The notes: generated by a model from the letters alone, not told the origin. A stretch of DNA of 64,000 nucleotides from Lingula anatina (GCA_051362555.1 CM120641.1:43716401-43780400), one strand, 5' to 3'. Shown: positions 27,242-44,890, numbered from the stretch's first letter. A program made the numbers and translations.

Positions 27242-30200
27242 TTATAAAAGAGCCTCTCTTTCGTCGCCCGATGATCCTCCGTCGTCACGTTCGTCTTTGA
27301 AGTCCCGCTGTCTGTGTCTGTGTGTGCCGTAGTCACTGTCGCTGCTGGCCACGTAGTCATCACTCCAATCTGGGAAATCAAGTTTGATTAATCAGTCGAT
27401 TGATTAAATAAACATTTAAGCACAAACTGGTCAGCATAAACTAAAAAGGACATGTTTAGGTCATATTAAAGTACATAGCTGAAAAATCTAAGATTTGGCA
27501 TAATTTTTCTAAAAACTAGTATTCAGTTGTCATTTTAAAGGAATTTAACGCAGGGCTTGGAAGCGGCGAATAAATCCTCACAAATGTAACTTGTAAATCT
27601 GAAAAAATTAAATGTTGTTGCAACATAAATGGCAAATCATATGTATATGTCGTGCAACCTGTATCATTTTAATGATTTTAAATTTTAATCATTTTAAAAA
27701 ATGATTCAGCTGACAAAAGAGGAACTAGATTTAAAAAATCAGCAATTTACCAAATTTGAAGGCACGTCAGTCAAGGCTATCAACTTCTGATAACCGTCAA
27801 GAACAGGAAATTGTAAGCTTTTGTAACGTGTATACATGTACTACTCAAAAGAAGTTAAGGAACACACGCCATTTAAGATGTAATAGTTTGATCCATGTCC
27901 ATGTCCATGTCTACTATTATTAAATATCAGCACTTCTAAAACAGTCATTAGTCGGTGTTGGATGACATTTCTACTTTAATTTTTGTGCAATGAAAATAAA
28001 TTTTGCACTCGTTAAAATTAATAATTATGACTATTTTGGGGGGATGAAATACGTGAAAAAAATGGAAAATCGTTCAGGAAGAGAAACGTCCGTTCAAGGC
28101 GGCAGGCAGTGCCAGTCCATTTAGCAAGACATAGAACAGCTTGTTTGGTGCGGGCAACACGTCAAGAGTGGTCACTTGTTCTCTTCTCTTACTGAAAAGT
28201 CCAAATTTACAATACTGAACAGCGATGGCAGAACTCGCGTGTGCAGAGGTTCAGGAGAGAGTTTCATCAGCTCCAGTTCTGTGGAGGCAGCGTATTAAAG
28301 GTTAAGTGAAGGTTTGGGGGGTGTTTTCATTTCACCACCATACACTCCTTTACATTAGCAACGGATTGCATAACAGGGATGAAATTCTGATACTTCTGTT
28401 CATGCCATCCATAGTATAGGTGAAGCAACCATGCTACATGTACAAGGCAACGCATGGCAACGCACGTCCTAGCCGTGCATGAGTTACCGGTGCCACGGAT
28501 TTCTTAGAGCAAAGGAACGTCCACAGCATGGACAGGCCTGCCTTTTCGCCTGATAGGCCCCGACACAAAATCTATGGGACCAGTTGAAGCTACGAGTTAA
28601 GCAAAATCCACACCAGTAGATCTCATTCAGCTCGCTCAATGGCTCATCCAAGATTGGAAACCCATTCTACCCCAGTCGCTCCAGACATTAATAATCTCAA
28701 TGAGGAGGCGTTGTGAAGCATTTGCGGTTTCTAGAGGCGGACACACGCGATACTGAAAAGCCTCTTGGAGCTGTGGATTTAATTTTCAACCTCGGTTCCT
28801 TCCTATTCTCGTTTATATTATGATAATTTATCATCATATGGAAATCAATGCACGATTCAATACAGCGATGGTTGGGGAGTATGTTTTTTTAAATTATTTA
28901 TAAAACAATGAACTTTCTTTTTAGTATCTGCTTTTCTAGGCGTTCCCAAAATTCTTTTGAACAGTAGGGCATTTTACCGCCAGATCAAACCGATAACAAT
29001 AATTGATCAATATGTATAAGTGTTTAGAAGGGGGTTACTTTTGACAAAGTTTTTAAAATATTCTTGAAAAATACGTTGTTAGTCAGTGACAGAGGCACAG
29101 ATTTTGCAAGATTGGTCCTGGCATCTTTACTTGTTCAGGCTGTTTAAAATGCAGAAACGTAAATGACAGCATAAGGCAATTTGGGTGCCGATTAAAGATG
29201 GCGCCTGGTTTTCACATTATTTACAACTCCCCCCACCCCACCCCACCCAAAAATGTCTTTATGAGGTTTACTTTTTCTTTTTTTTTTTTTTGAAACATGA
29301 AACTTCGCAAAGATGTTTAAATCGCATACACCCGTGAAAATATAATCATCAGCATTTATCCTTTACCAGAGTCGCTTGTGTCTGTTGAATGGTCAGAAAC
29401 ATCCACGTTGTCCACATCGTCGTCTGAGTCTATCCCATGATGCTCCTCGGCAGGGGGAGACAACCGTCTGTATCCATTAGCCAGATGATCTGAAGAAAAA
29501 CAAATTCATTATTAAAACAATCATTTTTGCTTAGTGACAAACACTTGATGCATAATCTCAAGATACTTGATTGAATAAAAAACGTGATATTAAATAAATC
29601 CACGGGGTGGTCCTTCTAGTTCCTCGGATTTGTTGATTGGTAATTTAATTGTGATCGAAAGTAATAAGCGTCACCTGGGAAGATTTCTTTTCTATCCGGG
29701 AGCATTGCCTTAATACAGTTGATAAGAATGATATAAGAATTTCCCCGTGGAATTATTTTCTTTTAGTGAAGTCGTGTGAGAAAAAAAAGATGAATATACA
29801 ACCTGCCATGAAGCCGTTGATAGAATTATTTATCATACCAGGACAATTAATACATTTGTGCCTATCCTGCTTGAAAAGAACATGAGCACTCATACGCACA
29901 CATTCGCAGAAAAAAGTTTACTCCGCGAACTTTTCCTTTTTACTACTGTTTATAGTTAGAACTCGCATCACCCACACACTGCATAAAAAATAGTCGACAG
30001 ACTATATCGTGCAAGAGTTACATACTTTTGCCACATGTATAATGGAACACTACTTTTCATCGACCAAATTGTGACCTAAAATGATTGATGTCTTGATAAG
30101 TTTATATTATGATTCCAGAGAAATGTGTCGATATAATGTAGTGCACAATGCGCTGTGGATTAACTACTCAGTACAAATCATCATCGGTCGCATCTCTACC

Positions 30201-30570
30201 ACGCGTCCCCGAGGCAGAGGCCACGAGGTCCGGAAAAACAATCATTTTAGCGCCTTTCTGTTTGATGACGACATTGTACGCAGTTTCTGTGTGTCGTGGG
30301 ACTTTATGAATCGATCAGGAATCCATTTGCTAGCCCCGGGGATCGATTTGTTTGTATAGACCACTTTTCAAAATTAATTACAGTGCATAAATGAAGAAAT
30401 TTGTTGCAGTACGCCGACGAATTAGTTGGTGTCATCATCATTAGCAGAATGTTTTGGTTTCACGCCTGTATCAAGCAACTCTCCTTTCCTTATTTCACGT
30501 TTCCCTGGACGACCCTCTACGTCCCGCTCCTTTTACAACCTTCTTCCCCCTTCTCTCTCTAACACACACA

Positions 30571-30610
<40 letters not shown>

Positions 30611-31691
30611 CAATACTGAATAATTCCCATATCGAACAGTGTATCTTGAAACGTGGGCGTGTATCTATATTCACTTTCTTCATAAAATATAATTCATTTG
30701 GTATAACATGTCAGACCCGTCATCAATCTTTATTGGCCAGACAGAGAGAATGATTGTACTGCTATTAGCTAGGATCTTATTGTAAACGCCCAGTCAGTGA
30801 AAGCAATAACGACACCCAAACGGCAATGGAATTTCTCCTTATGCTCATACTCGTATTTGTTTTTATTGTACAAAAAGCGTCGGGTCGGAGTCATACATTC
30901 GAGGTGAATTGGCCCTGTTTGCTGTATGCACCCGTTTTAATGAATTGGTTTTTGTTTTATCTATAGTCAATGGAAAAAACCAGACAGTCGTGTTCTAGGA
31001 ATAACTTTTAAGGCTGCAGTCTACTGTAGGGCGATCTTATGCCAGTTGGATCGTCTACATGCCCTAGTATTTGTTGTTTCTCTGGTTTTTGCAAGTGAAA
31101 CTACAATCTCCTCTTCAAAAATACAATCTAGTTGTGGCTGGGCTGTGTTCGAAATAGCTTTGACAAAAAAGCTTTACAATTTCCTTCAAAGAGAGGACTA
31201 TTCTTTTGATTGTACCCTCACTATTTTTGTGTTTTACTGTTCTGGTTGTTGACTGTAAGCCCCTGTGCTCCACCTAAAGTAAATCGTACTGATCGCTTGA
31301 TTGCAATTACCGTTATTCTACTTTACTCCATCCATCGCTCCTCGAGCTGAATGCTTTACTCAGAAGTTACAAAGGGTTTGTAAGGAGAGGAGTTGCAGTT
31401 AAGCGGCTACCCCGTAAAGGTTTTTAAAACTTGAAAGTGGACGTTTTTAACCGTCCTGAATTTGGTCTTTCTCGTAATAATTCTGGCAATTGTCCGATGG
31501 AGACTCTCAGGTTACAAGTACATGTATCTATATACTGCTTGTGATCTCTTTAATTTGAACTGCACAAAGCAGAAAATCAATTTTCATACCCTTTGTAGTC
31601 GGGGCAGTTCATATGTGGACTGCCATTCAACTACATGTTGGACAAAAATATCGTCCCCACAAACTATTGTTAGCAAGACTCCCTTTCCACT

Positions 31692-31740
<49 letters not shown>

Positions 31741-34412
31741 GCTCGCGCGTGTGCGTATGTGCTATGTGGCACGCTGTCGTCTCTTGAGAAGTAGAATAGA
31801 AACCGTTAGCAATTTAACACACATAGTAAAAGAGAATACATACAAAAAGCAGTGTAAAATTACGTATACCGTGAATATGATTCCTTCAAGCAAGCTAGGC
31901 AGCGAGCCTCGCGTGAATTGAGACACTAAGTGCAGATTGATTCGGACGCCTGCCGAGCGCTTCGTGTGATTTTTGATTGAAACTTGGCGAAATGAGGATA
32001 AAAAAGACGGAAAATCGAAGAACGGTCGAAGGACCTTGTGGAACATGGCAAAACGAACAAAATAAACAGGATGTGTTTTAGTTGAATAGTGTGTATTAAA
32101 GTTGCCAATTTTGCTTTTTGCTGTCTCCTTCTGTCTACATTTTCACATTGATACTAGTATTTAGGTAAACATGTAAAACCATATCGCCTTTCCAGCACCT
32201 TTATTCAGCCACCTAAAATTACCCGCAATACAGGAGTGTCATGAGTGCAGTAGTAAGTTGACACCTCAATATCCTTGGTGCAAGGAAGACAGATCGACAG
32301 CATAATGCAAATTTTATTATTTCTTAAGTCTAGTCTCATATACTTCAGATTTCCTGCGCCGGTATACGGAGTACATGAGATAAGCCTCATTCTGCATCGG
32401 TGTCTCTGCACCGGCTTGCGTGACAGATTACTGAGTCATGGAAGGCCACAGGTGCGTATGCAAATCAAAACCCCTAGATATGCAATCTTAACGTTAAAAA
32501 CTTCGGGGCCATTTTATTAATTTTCGAGCTGATGAATTCCTGTCGCACTCTTTTTCAGACTCAAAATCTACGTTCTGAAGTATACTTCAACCGTATTAGT
32601 TTATGGTGTTTGTTGTTTCTCCGGTGTTTTTCGCAATGCAAACAGACCTTCTATTAGTATACGCACCATTCATGGCCGATATGCGATTTGATGAAAAAAA
32701 TACAAATCAATTATAGTTTGGAAAAGCATACGTACAAAAATAATAGCTGCATGTAACTTGGCTTCTATTGTAATCAATTTCCCGTTGGGTCTTACAAGAA
32801 CGGTTGATTCAATAAGTGAAAAAAATCCTCTCCATATTTCAATGTTGTGCCTTCAATGAAATAAGGATTATGAAATGTCTGATACTGAAAAAGAAAAGGA
32901 AAAAGAAGAAGAAGAAGAGAAGGGGATGAAAAAGAAGAGAGAAAGAGAGAAAAAATCTTTAAAATCATTGGACCTGTTTCACCACACAATATATATGTCA
33001 CTTATGTATCACAAAAGCATTTTATGTGTCGTAAAAAAAACTTGATGAGTTATGGAGGTAATAACTGCTTTGCTGGGGGCTAAAAAGGAAAATTATCAAC
33101 CATATGAGGTCGTTTTTCAAAGGTCACACAACTCAGTGTCTGTGATGCACAAGCCGATGCCCTGTATATTTTTAATAACAACGGAGACAACACATTAAGG
33201 CTGTACATATCACAGAGGTCTCTGTAAGACACGGTAGAATAATTACCTTTTCTTCATCAGCAGATGAACATTTGCAGTGTTTGCTGTTGAAACTCGGTGA
33301 CTCTACTTGCTCCTAATATTGATTGGTGAACTTTACAAGCAAAAACTGACGCGCACGTGCTTGGGATCATGGTAAAACAAACATCAAGGTACAAGTGCCA
33401 TGGGTATTATTGTATTAATTGGAAACCCCATTCGCGTAGCAAAATTTGGACTAGACTGCTTAACCGAATCTTTACGTAGTTGTGCGCATATAACAGATGG
33501 AACCTTTTCTGAAAATAATTCCACGTAACTGTTTCTATATAATGGTCCAAAATAAACACATAATGACCCTAATTGACATTTTAAAATATAACAGGCACGC
33601 ACTCAAACATCTTTAAAGGAAGGGGTGTGGGATATTTCACTCTGAAGACAAAACTACTTGCAATATTCACGTTTGTGGGAATCAGCGTGAAAAAAATCCC
33701 TATGAAAGCCCCTGTGTCTGAAATTTAATTAAAAAAATAGAGACTAGCCCAACCACATTTATACATAGAACACAGCTTTGAGCATACAATTCCTTAAAAA
33801 TGGTGGATCTACCCCTCCCTTAGATTCGTCACCCCCCTCATAAAAATATAAATAAACAGTAGAATGAGCAAAACGAGAACGAGACAAGAAAAGTCCATCT
33901 GTATCCTCCAAATATGAAAGTGAAACTGTCCCTCTTTACTATTTTATATTCGTAAAGAGGGGCAAGCAATTTATTTTATTCTTGTAATTCGTCCCCCCCC
34001 CCCCAAGCAAAATCCTGGATTCACCAATTCCTTATGATTTCCCTCGACCATATTTTCCCTTGTTTGAATCGTGATACTTGATTTTTTTCCAATGCATTTG
34101 ATCTGAAGTCGTGCTGTGGGTGTTATTTCATAGGAACTCACTCTGCAGCGAGAACTAGAATAGCAACCACTCGCAAATCAGATTAGTGAGATAATTGATG
34201 TTTCGCGGTATCTCTTCCTGGGAGGATTCTAGGGGAAAGAGAGTAATTAAAACTCTCTGCTTGTCTAATTTAGTTGTCATTTGCTTGATATGTAATCTAG
34301 AGGCTGGCCGTACTTAGTTTCCAGTATCAACCACTGAAAAAATCTGGGAATACGTATTGATCTATTTATAATCCTATGAAGAATAGAATCTGTAAATGTA
34401 TCTGAACATTTG

Positions 34413-34471
<59 letters not shown>

Positions 34472-36642
34472 AAAACATGAATGCAACCACGCGTATGCTC
34501 AAGCAAGCTCACATAAGCACACACTCGCAGCACAACCAAACCGTATATCAACACGTTGCGTATATGTGTCCGATGAGACCATGGCAGCTTTTTTTTTAAG
34601 CAAAGAATTTCATTTCACATTCAGACAGTCGATGTATGTATAATTTACGACCAATGTTTCCAATTATCGCATAAACATTGACCATAAGTTCTGATATAAC
34701 AGAGAGCACCTTGGTATCCCTCCCCCATTCTCTCTCTCTCTCTCTCTCTCTCGTGCATGTGTGCATGAAGTTCACAAATGTAGTTTAGGCCTATGTGGGT
34801 CTTGACATGTGAACTGAACATGGCTTCCTTTTATACCAGAAAAAAAAAAAACAATTTTTTCATTAATCACGTTGGAGACATTCATTCTAGATACTATTTA
34901 CAACATATAGGCTACAAAGCGTTAGAGCCCAATAAATTTGCTTAACTAAAATGATAAACTAGTAGCAGTTTTTTAAAGGTTTATCCTGTCTCACACACAC
35001 AAAAAAAAAATGCAATCGGCAAACTGATTAAGATAAATAGAGACTTTATTCTTCCGGATTTGGAAAAGCCAAAGCTGACAGAAGACATCAGCTTACCTTC
35101 AACCGCCACTGTTGTCTTCTGTCGCTTATGTAATTTCGGTTATTTTAAACTCAGAATACCCTAACGTTAATCAGTTTCAATAATGAGATCGTTTTTCTAA
35201 CAGTTCCCAATCCCATGCAAACTAACAAGCAAATAAAATAAAGACAAACATATAGGTATTCTCCATCCCCTTTTAAATTGGCTGTTGGGTGTCATTTCCC
35301 TCGGTTATTGAATTTTACAGTCAGCTCTTTTGTATGTTGTCATAATCTAAGAGAAATGCGAACTAGACTGTCTGGTCTGAGACGACCTCCAGCACAATTT
35401 AATCTATTTACCGATCTCAAAGACAGATGATGAGGAAACCAAATGATAAAATTGTTACATTAATGGCAACATCACCCATGGATAGTCTAGAAATGTTACA
35501 GAACAGGGAAAAAAAGAGGAAAGATTCAGTATTCCATAGAAATCCTATTGCATTAAATATTTTAGCAAGTAAATAAGACTTCTTACGCTTACTGTTATGC
35601 GGATCGTTGATGCTCAACCTCCACAATAATAGACATAATATATCAGCAATTCAACCCTGGGAAATCACACATTTGAGCCCTAGGAACTCGAATTATTTTG
35701 ATTGGAATATTCCAATGGACGGAAAACAAATTGCTGCGGAAACTCCTTTGTTCCTAGAGAAGAGAACTCTGATCACGATGAAGAGACGGATCCATTAAAA
35801 TGTGTCACTAGAGTAGCAATATGCTGCCTACGACAAAGGTTTTATAACTGTTTCAGTATTCATATCAGCATTTATGGGACACCAAGCAATACCTTTATTG
35901 CGTTTCAATACATTGAGGGTTTGTCTTCTCATGCATGCAAGAGGCTAGGTGTTTTTACATACACCGTGCATCTACCACATACCATATGTTCCAACTGCTT
36001 CAGTGATTTTATATTTAGTGTAACGCTGCATAATATGAGGGAGGTATATGCATCACATAAATTTTAATACAGGTCTTTGTCGATAATAACTACGTTTATT
36101 TGACACTGGCATTAATTATTAAGTTCTCGGAGGCTATGGCCTAATTCCATACATGTTTTTGGTGTAAAATATAAAGCACAGGTATGTTTGCATAAATAGG
36201 AATGATAAAACACCTCGAAGGCTGACATGTATATGCACGGTGTGAAAGTAGACTCAGATGAAGAGGTAGACTTCAACAGGTTCACATGACAACTGTGTCT
36301 ACAGCAGTGACTGTGTACAATTATATCAAGGGCCGTGTGTATATTATAACTACGACCTGTCTACCCTAAAATAAAGTTTTTTTTCATCTGAAATATGTTT
36401 CCATTGGTTTATTATCCTTAATTTGTTATTTAAGTCTTTATAGTATTTTCTCTTCTTGTCGGCGTCGGAAGTTTATTGTAATTAAAAACGGAAAGTGGGA
36501 TAACATATGATATTGGCAAAACAAGGAATGACTTTTAAAAATTAATATCACTTATAAGTGGCAGTGAAATATTGGGTATTCTTACTCGCATATCTGACAG
36601 ATGCACGCAAAAACACAAGCGCACGCGCACAAGAACGCGCAA

Positions 36643-36684
<42 letters not shown>

Positions 36685-37928
36685 GAGCAATTTGAATTTG
36701 GCAAAAAACCACCAGAAGCTTTTCATTGCGCATGAGAATCATATCGGCTGTCATACCTCACTGGCTTCACACTGATACCCTTAAGTACCTACTTGTTGGC
36801 CCACTCGTATTTAACAACTTTATAACAACTGGCGGTCATTTTTATGTGTGACATGAAATACTTTGGTACCAGTATAACAGAACATGCTGTCCCTCTATCT
36901 TTGTTGGGAATGGGAGGGGGGAGGGGGGGGCATAAAAAGAAAAGGATTTGTTTCTTGGATTGATTTGCATGTTGGCAGACGTGTAAATATGTGCTCAGAA
37001 ATGTTTCAATGTATCAAAACTAATAAATAAAGCTCAAACATAGCTCATGTCCCTTAAAACATTTTGAGAAAACAAAATTGCAACGGCTTTATTAACATCT
37101 CAAAAGAATTTTTAATTTGTGTTTATTATTATTGTTAGCTTCGATACTTATTACGTACGTAGTTATCCGATACGCACACGTTTATGTATCGGTTTCCGTA
37201 GTGTGTGAAGATGACTTAGCAGTATTTAATGAAGAGCTCTCGAAAGCGCGAGACCCGTACCATATGCTACTTTTACTACTACATAATGACACTCATATCA
37301 TATAAATTCATAATTACTAGTGTAAGCATGTCTTTATACATGTAACAATGTGCGAGTGGTTGGGTTATAGACCTATTTGGTGCGTTTTGGTCGCGGCCTA
37401 TATATGTATTATATACAGAGAGAGAGAGAGAGAGAGAGAGATTTACATACAATGCTAGTGAGGCAAGAAAACCAATACAAAAATACACGAAAACTAAAAC
37501 TTGAATATACCGGCTCTTGTCTGTTAGTGAAAATACTAAAGCAAACTCTTCCACTCTCCTGCTTCCGATTCTCACCCTATGGTTTCCTCGTCTTTCTAAA
37601 TTCTCTATATTTTCTTACCTTTGACTAGCATGTTTTTTCGTACTTCCTCGGGGATCTCACTGAGCGGAATTATGTCCAGTTTCACCAAAGAACACTCGCC
37701 CTCGGCCTCGAGTTTGCGGAAAATCTGCAGGCGAGCGTCGTTAAGCGCAAATAAGAAGCCATTATTCTCTGCCACCTGTAAAACCAAAAAATCACCATTG
37801 GCCAGTGTCTTTTTGTAGCACTCTATGAGTTTTTGTTCCTGTTTGTTTTCCAGTGGATTACCCTCCGGTTGCTGCTCGTTGTTGTTTATGGTGAAGTGAA
37901 TCGCTGACGGAGGGGCAAACTTCGCCAT
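27242..37928 (-). CDS. Uncharacterised 186-aa protein: possible degenerate ParB/Srx-like N-terminal domain plus Asp/Ser-rich acidic tail
   Basis: Three exons joined by phase-1 GT-AG introns: 37928-37619 (MAKFAPPSAIHFT..FALNDARLQIFRKLEAEGEC..IPEEVRKNMLVK), 29489-29367 (DHLANGYRRLSPPAEEHHGIDSDDD..), 27369-27242 (DWSDDYVASSDSDY..GDEREALL*). Good start context AAAATGGCG. The domain call is my recollection of motifs, not a search result. Confidence 0.75.
27839..28967 (+). mobile_element. Decayed Tc1/mariner element with transposase pseudogene, in intron 2 of the uncharacterised gene
   Basis: Frameshifted remnants EWSLVLFS..KSKF..SDGRTRV, PAFSPD, NLWDQLK and an intact Tc1-type C-terminus SMRRRCEAFAVSRGGHTRY* (ends ~28756). 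Degenerate TIRs TACTACTCAAAAGAAGTTAAGGAAC and, reverse-complemented, TACTGTTCAAAAGAATTTTGGGAAC. Confidence 0.85.
30562..30607. repeat. (CA)n microsatellite
   Basis: CA run with one interruption. Confidence 0.95.
31693..31738. repeat. (GT)n microsatellite
   Basis: Perfect GT run. Confidence 0.95.
34415..34470. repeat. (TTA)n microsatellite
   Basis: Perfect trinucleotide run. Confidence 0.95.
36647..36683. repeat. (AG)n microsatellite
   Basis: Perfect AG run; another at ~37417-37441. Confidence 0.95.
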
Positions 37929-40900
37929 TTTGGCACTGGCAACTGGGCCAGGTATTCAGCGGACGGTATTCACCACGCACAGCTCACCTGAGGAACGCTG
38001 TCTCTCGGGGTTGTGTCTCGGTATACTTTAAGCAATTGCGCTGTTGACTTGCCACTCGAGAAAAAAAAATATGAAAAACAGTTTCCGTCGATGGTTTGAC
38101 CGTCCTTTCTTCAAATAAAGGACGGTACTTAATACAACACCGTGTGTTCCTCCAGCACTGTCTCAACACATTACAAACCAAGCCGGTCAGCTTTAGTCAG
38201 TTTCGATATGTGTGTTTGCAATTATACGTGCAACACGAACCCAGAAGGAAATAAAAAATCGAAGAGTTATTCCACACGGCTGAAGATTGATTGTACTGGG
38301 CTCATAAGCATTATCCTCGTTGTCAATTTAGGTCTCTGGTGTGTTGGTTTAGCTAACACGTTACATTCCCCAAACGGTAAGACCTTTTCCCATAGCTGGT
38401 GTCAGTCGTTTAGTTATACAGTTATCTCATTGCGCCGGGAGATAGAAATGACGCATGTATCCATCAGTTGCGCCCCCTGTAATGAAAATATCCTGAATGA
38501 CATAGGGAAGATCAGTGAATTCACAGGCATACGAAGTTAACCATACGAAATAGGTTTGCTTTGGTAAATTTAAAATAACGTGTCAATGAGAGGTTCGCGT
38601 GTCACCCGCGCACGGCATCTTCTCCCCAGATGACTCCATAATCCCTTTCTCTTTTGCTACTTATGAAATAAAGACGAAGTGATTAATTGGTGGCTCATAT
38701 ATGAGAGGCGTACTCGGAAGTCCACAATAAAACTGCGCTATACCCGAGTAAGTGTTTCATATCCACACTCTCGAGGGTGGCTCTCGGAATAATTTGGATT
38801 TTATGAGTTTTGTGTATCGATATCGGCCGTCAATTTTCATTGAACAAACGGCGTCATTGTGTACAGCAGCACACCGTGGTGGGACGCGGGTTTTTTTTAA
38901 TGTTAAACCACAAGGGGTGTTTCTCTTTGCATCTAGATATCAGACACCTGCATATTTTTAATAAATCACTTTTGGGCGGTTCCCTCAACACTTGTGTTAA
39001 TTGAGAGATAATCCACGCAAAAACATTGCCTGTATAAAACAGACGCTTATCGGAGACGTGACGGGTAAAGGATGTATTGGTTATATAAAACACGGACTGA
39101 TATTGTAATATACTGGTATACCTAAGGAACGCAGCTATTTATCCTCACATTGAACCTTGTAATACACTTTTAATGATCTTGGAGCTAGGTAAATCGAAAT
39201 CCTATCGTGACAACAGAAGATTCTTTTGCATTTCATTAATTATTTATTCTCTGTCAACATCATTAGACCATACACAACTGAGCCTGCATATGTACGGTTG
39301 TTTTTTTCACAATCAGTCTTAAGAGGAAAAAATGAAAAATTAATAAGAAATATCTAACCACATGCGTATACAGCTTTGATGAGCTTCGCACGAGGTGACA
39401 TTACGAGAAAACGAGAAAAAAGAGGAACTGAGACAAATATGTGAAAATCACATTGGCTTGCACACCACAGTCCCATTATTTGATTTGTAATCGAATTCTC
39501 TCATTCAAATCCTGCTAACAGGCAACTTCAGCAACGTTTATTAACTTATATACAAGGGTTGGCTTGATGTCTGTTTTAAATTAGCTATTGCATAACCTAT
39601 TTACTTAATAACAATCAATGAGAGTTAAAGTTCAAGCAGATGAGACCATTCTTTCATGTTTGCAGAAAGCCCACATTTCTCCTTAGACCCTGACTTCATA
39701 AATATACAACGCTATCCATTCCACTGCTGATGAAAAAGTACACAGCATGAGCAATAAATCATTCAACCCACCACATATCAATCGATTGAAAAAATAGATT
39801 GGGTAAAAAAGATTTGATATTGTAGTGCATATGTTTTCCGCTGCATTTTTTTCCCTAGTTTAGTCCTTGTCAAATGTTCACTTTTAGCATTATAGGCTAC
39901 CCATTTCATATTGTACACAGTCGGCATGATATTGTACACTATTGATTTCAATAACCGTTGTGTTTGTTGTAATCAGTGTGCCGTATCCGCTTGACGACTT
40001 GTAACCCTGGCTCCTGCAAATAATTCAACGTAATTTCTAACGGTGATTCAAAGACTTTAGGCATTAAATTCTGCGTAATATTCTCACTTTGCTCTCTAAT
40101 ACCTTCAGTACATTTTTTACAGTCAACTTGTAATCTTGTTTAAAATTTTTCTTATTAGTAATTAACAAATCTTAGTTTGTATTTGAAAACCGATCATTTT
40201 GAACAGTGTACATGTATACATTATTTTGGGTGTAAATATAAAGGGGCTGGTACGTAGAATGCCTGAAAGGAGAGCAAGAACAATAATGTTTTTAATACTG
40301 GATATTTCTGTGTTTTTTTCTCTGAGCGACATTGAAAGGTATCCGATCCGGTATTTACCCACCAGTTCAAATTTCCTAAAAATCAAGAATTCGCCTATTC
40401 ACATTGTCTGATATATCCCTGTACCTGGATTCAATGTCTTGTGTCATTTCTAATGAAATGATTTACTTCTGAATTTCCCATAACGTTAAGACTAATCCTG
40501 GAATCGTCAGATCGCATTATCAACATGGCAAAATTTGAACCCAAGTATATTTTAAGCCTAGATAAATTTAATGAGGTTCTGGAAGTCGTGAGGAAATAAT
40601 TAAGTAATCAATATCAATAATCTGTGGGACTGTATCTGGATTTGGGCACATACAGGATAAAGAACATTACGCGTCTTTTGACAAGAATCATCATGACAAC
40701 ATTGTTAATTTATGAAGTACTCGGTATGACATTTCCAAATTAATTTACGAAATGTTAAGCTATGAAAGAATTAGGATCAGATTTTCAGCACAAAACCCAA
40801 AACCAGACTAATTGCAGCTGTAGGATGTTCGTAATGCTGCTAATTCAGAAGAACGCAGGGCATCATTATCATCATGCACGCAAAAGGTTTGTCCATACAA

Positions 40901-41958
40901 TTTTTTTCGTTTATTTGCAAGATATATTCCTCTAAATGCTCTTTTACCAAATATATACTTATAGAAAAACATGGTTGGCATCGTTTTAGTCCATAAATTC
41001 TTAAAAGACATCATGGGATAATTGTACAGTAAACTAAAGAACGCCTATCAGAACATGTTTTTCACTTAAATTAGGACCATAAAAAGTTATGTAAAGCTGA
41101 CACTTTTGTTTTAGACATATTCCCTGTTAGGACTGGCGCGCAAACAGTAACTTGGTCTTCTCTGTTGAAGATAATCACAATAACAAATCAACGAAGGTTT
41201 ATACTCTTTTAATGTACGTCTTGTTAACTGAATACAACATAACATTCAATAATATGATCATTTTTTAACCTTATAATACCATATAAATAATAATAATAAA
41301 TCCCTATATATATCCCCCATTCTTTAACACATATAGAGAACTGTGGTGCAAATTATTATTCCCAAAATATTTTGGAACTGTGAATTTAAATTGAAACCGA
41401 TTAGACCTCAACAGTGGGTGAAACTTATAAGTTACTTACATCCTCTGACCAGCAGAGTGGGGAAGTAGATGAGAAATTATTTAAGAAAAGCACCGTTTAG
41501 TTTGAACCACACAAGATGTGTTAAAATTCTCTGAAAAAAATTAAGCAATAAGTAAGAAAAAGTAAATCTGCATAGGATAGTTTAATCCATGCCTATCTAT
41601 TCACTTAATGTAAAATTGGTAAAGAGGGGTGGCACCAACATTCAACAACTTGAAAAATAATTTTAGTAATGTTCCAAAGACCTTAAGTCTCTTTGGCTTT
41701 AGAAGTAAAAAAACTGACTTGGTAGTAGCGAAAAATCAAGTTCTCTTCGAGTGTGACATGATAGAAAAAAATGAATCAAATATCTGATCCCACTTATCAT
41801 TAACAAACTAAAACAACATCAACCAAAATTGTCCAGACAAGAAAACATTGGCCACCAACAAAAAAGGACCCTGCAACCTGGAGACAAGTCCATAAAACTC
41901 CCACGTGGACTATGTGTAAGTCTTTTTCTCAGCGCAGTTCTTTCATCAGCCTTTTTAT

Positions 41959-44880
<2,922 letters not shown>

Positions 44881-44890
<10 letters not shown>

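Noticed and set aside
35090-35160. Strong minus-strand donor (GAAG|gtaagc) inside intron 1 of the uncharacterised gene
   Set aside because: No ATG or clear acceptor upstream; may be an alternative non-coding first exon but cannot be supported.
39945-40140. About 65-codon open minus-strand frame (RLQVDCKKCTEG..)
   Set aside because: No homology recognised, weak acceptor, no upstream exon.
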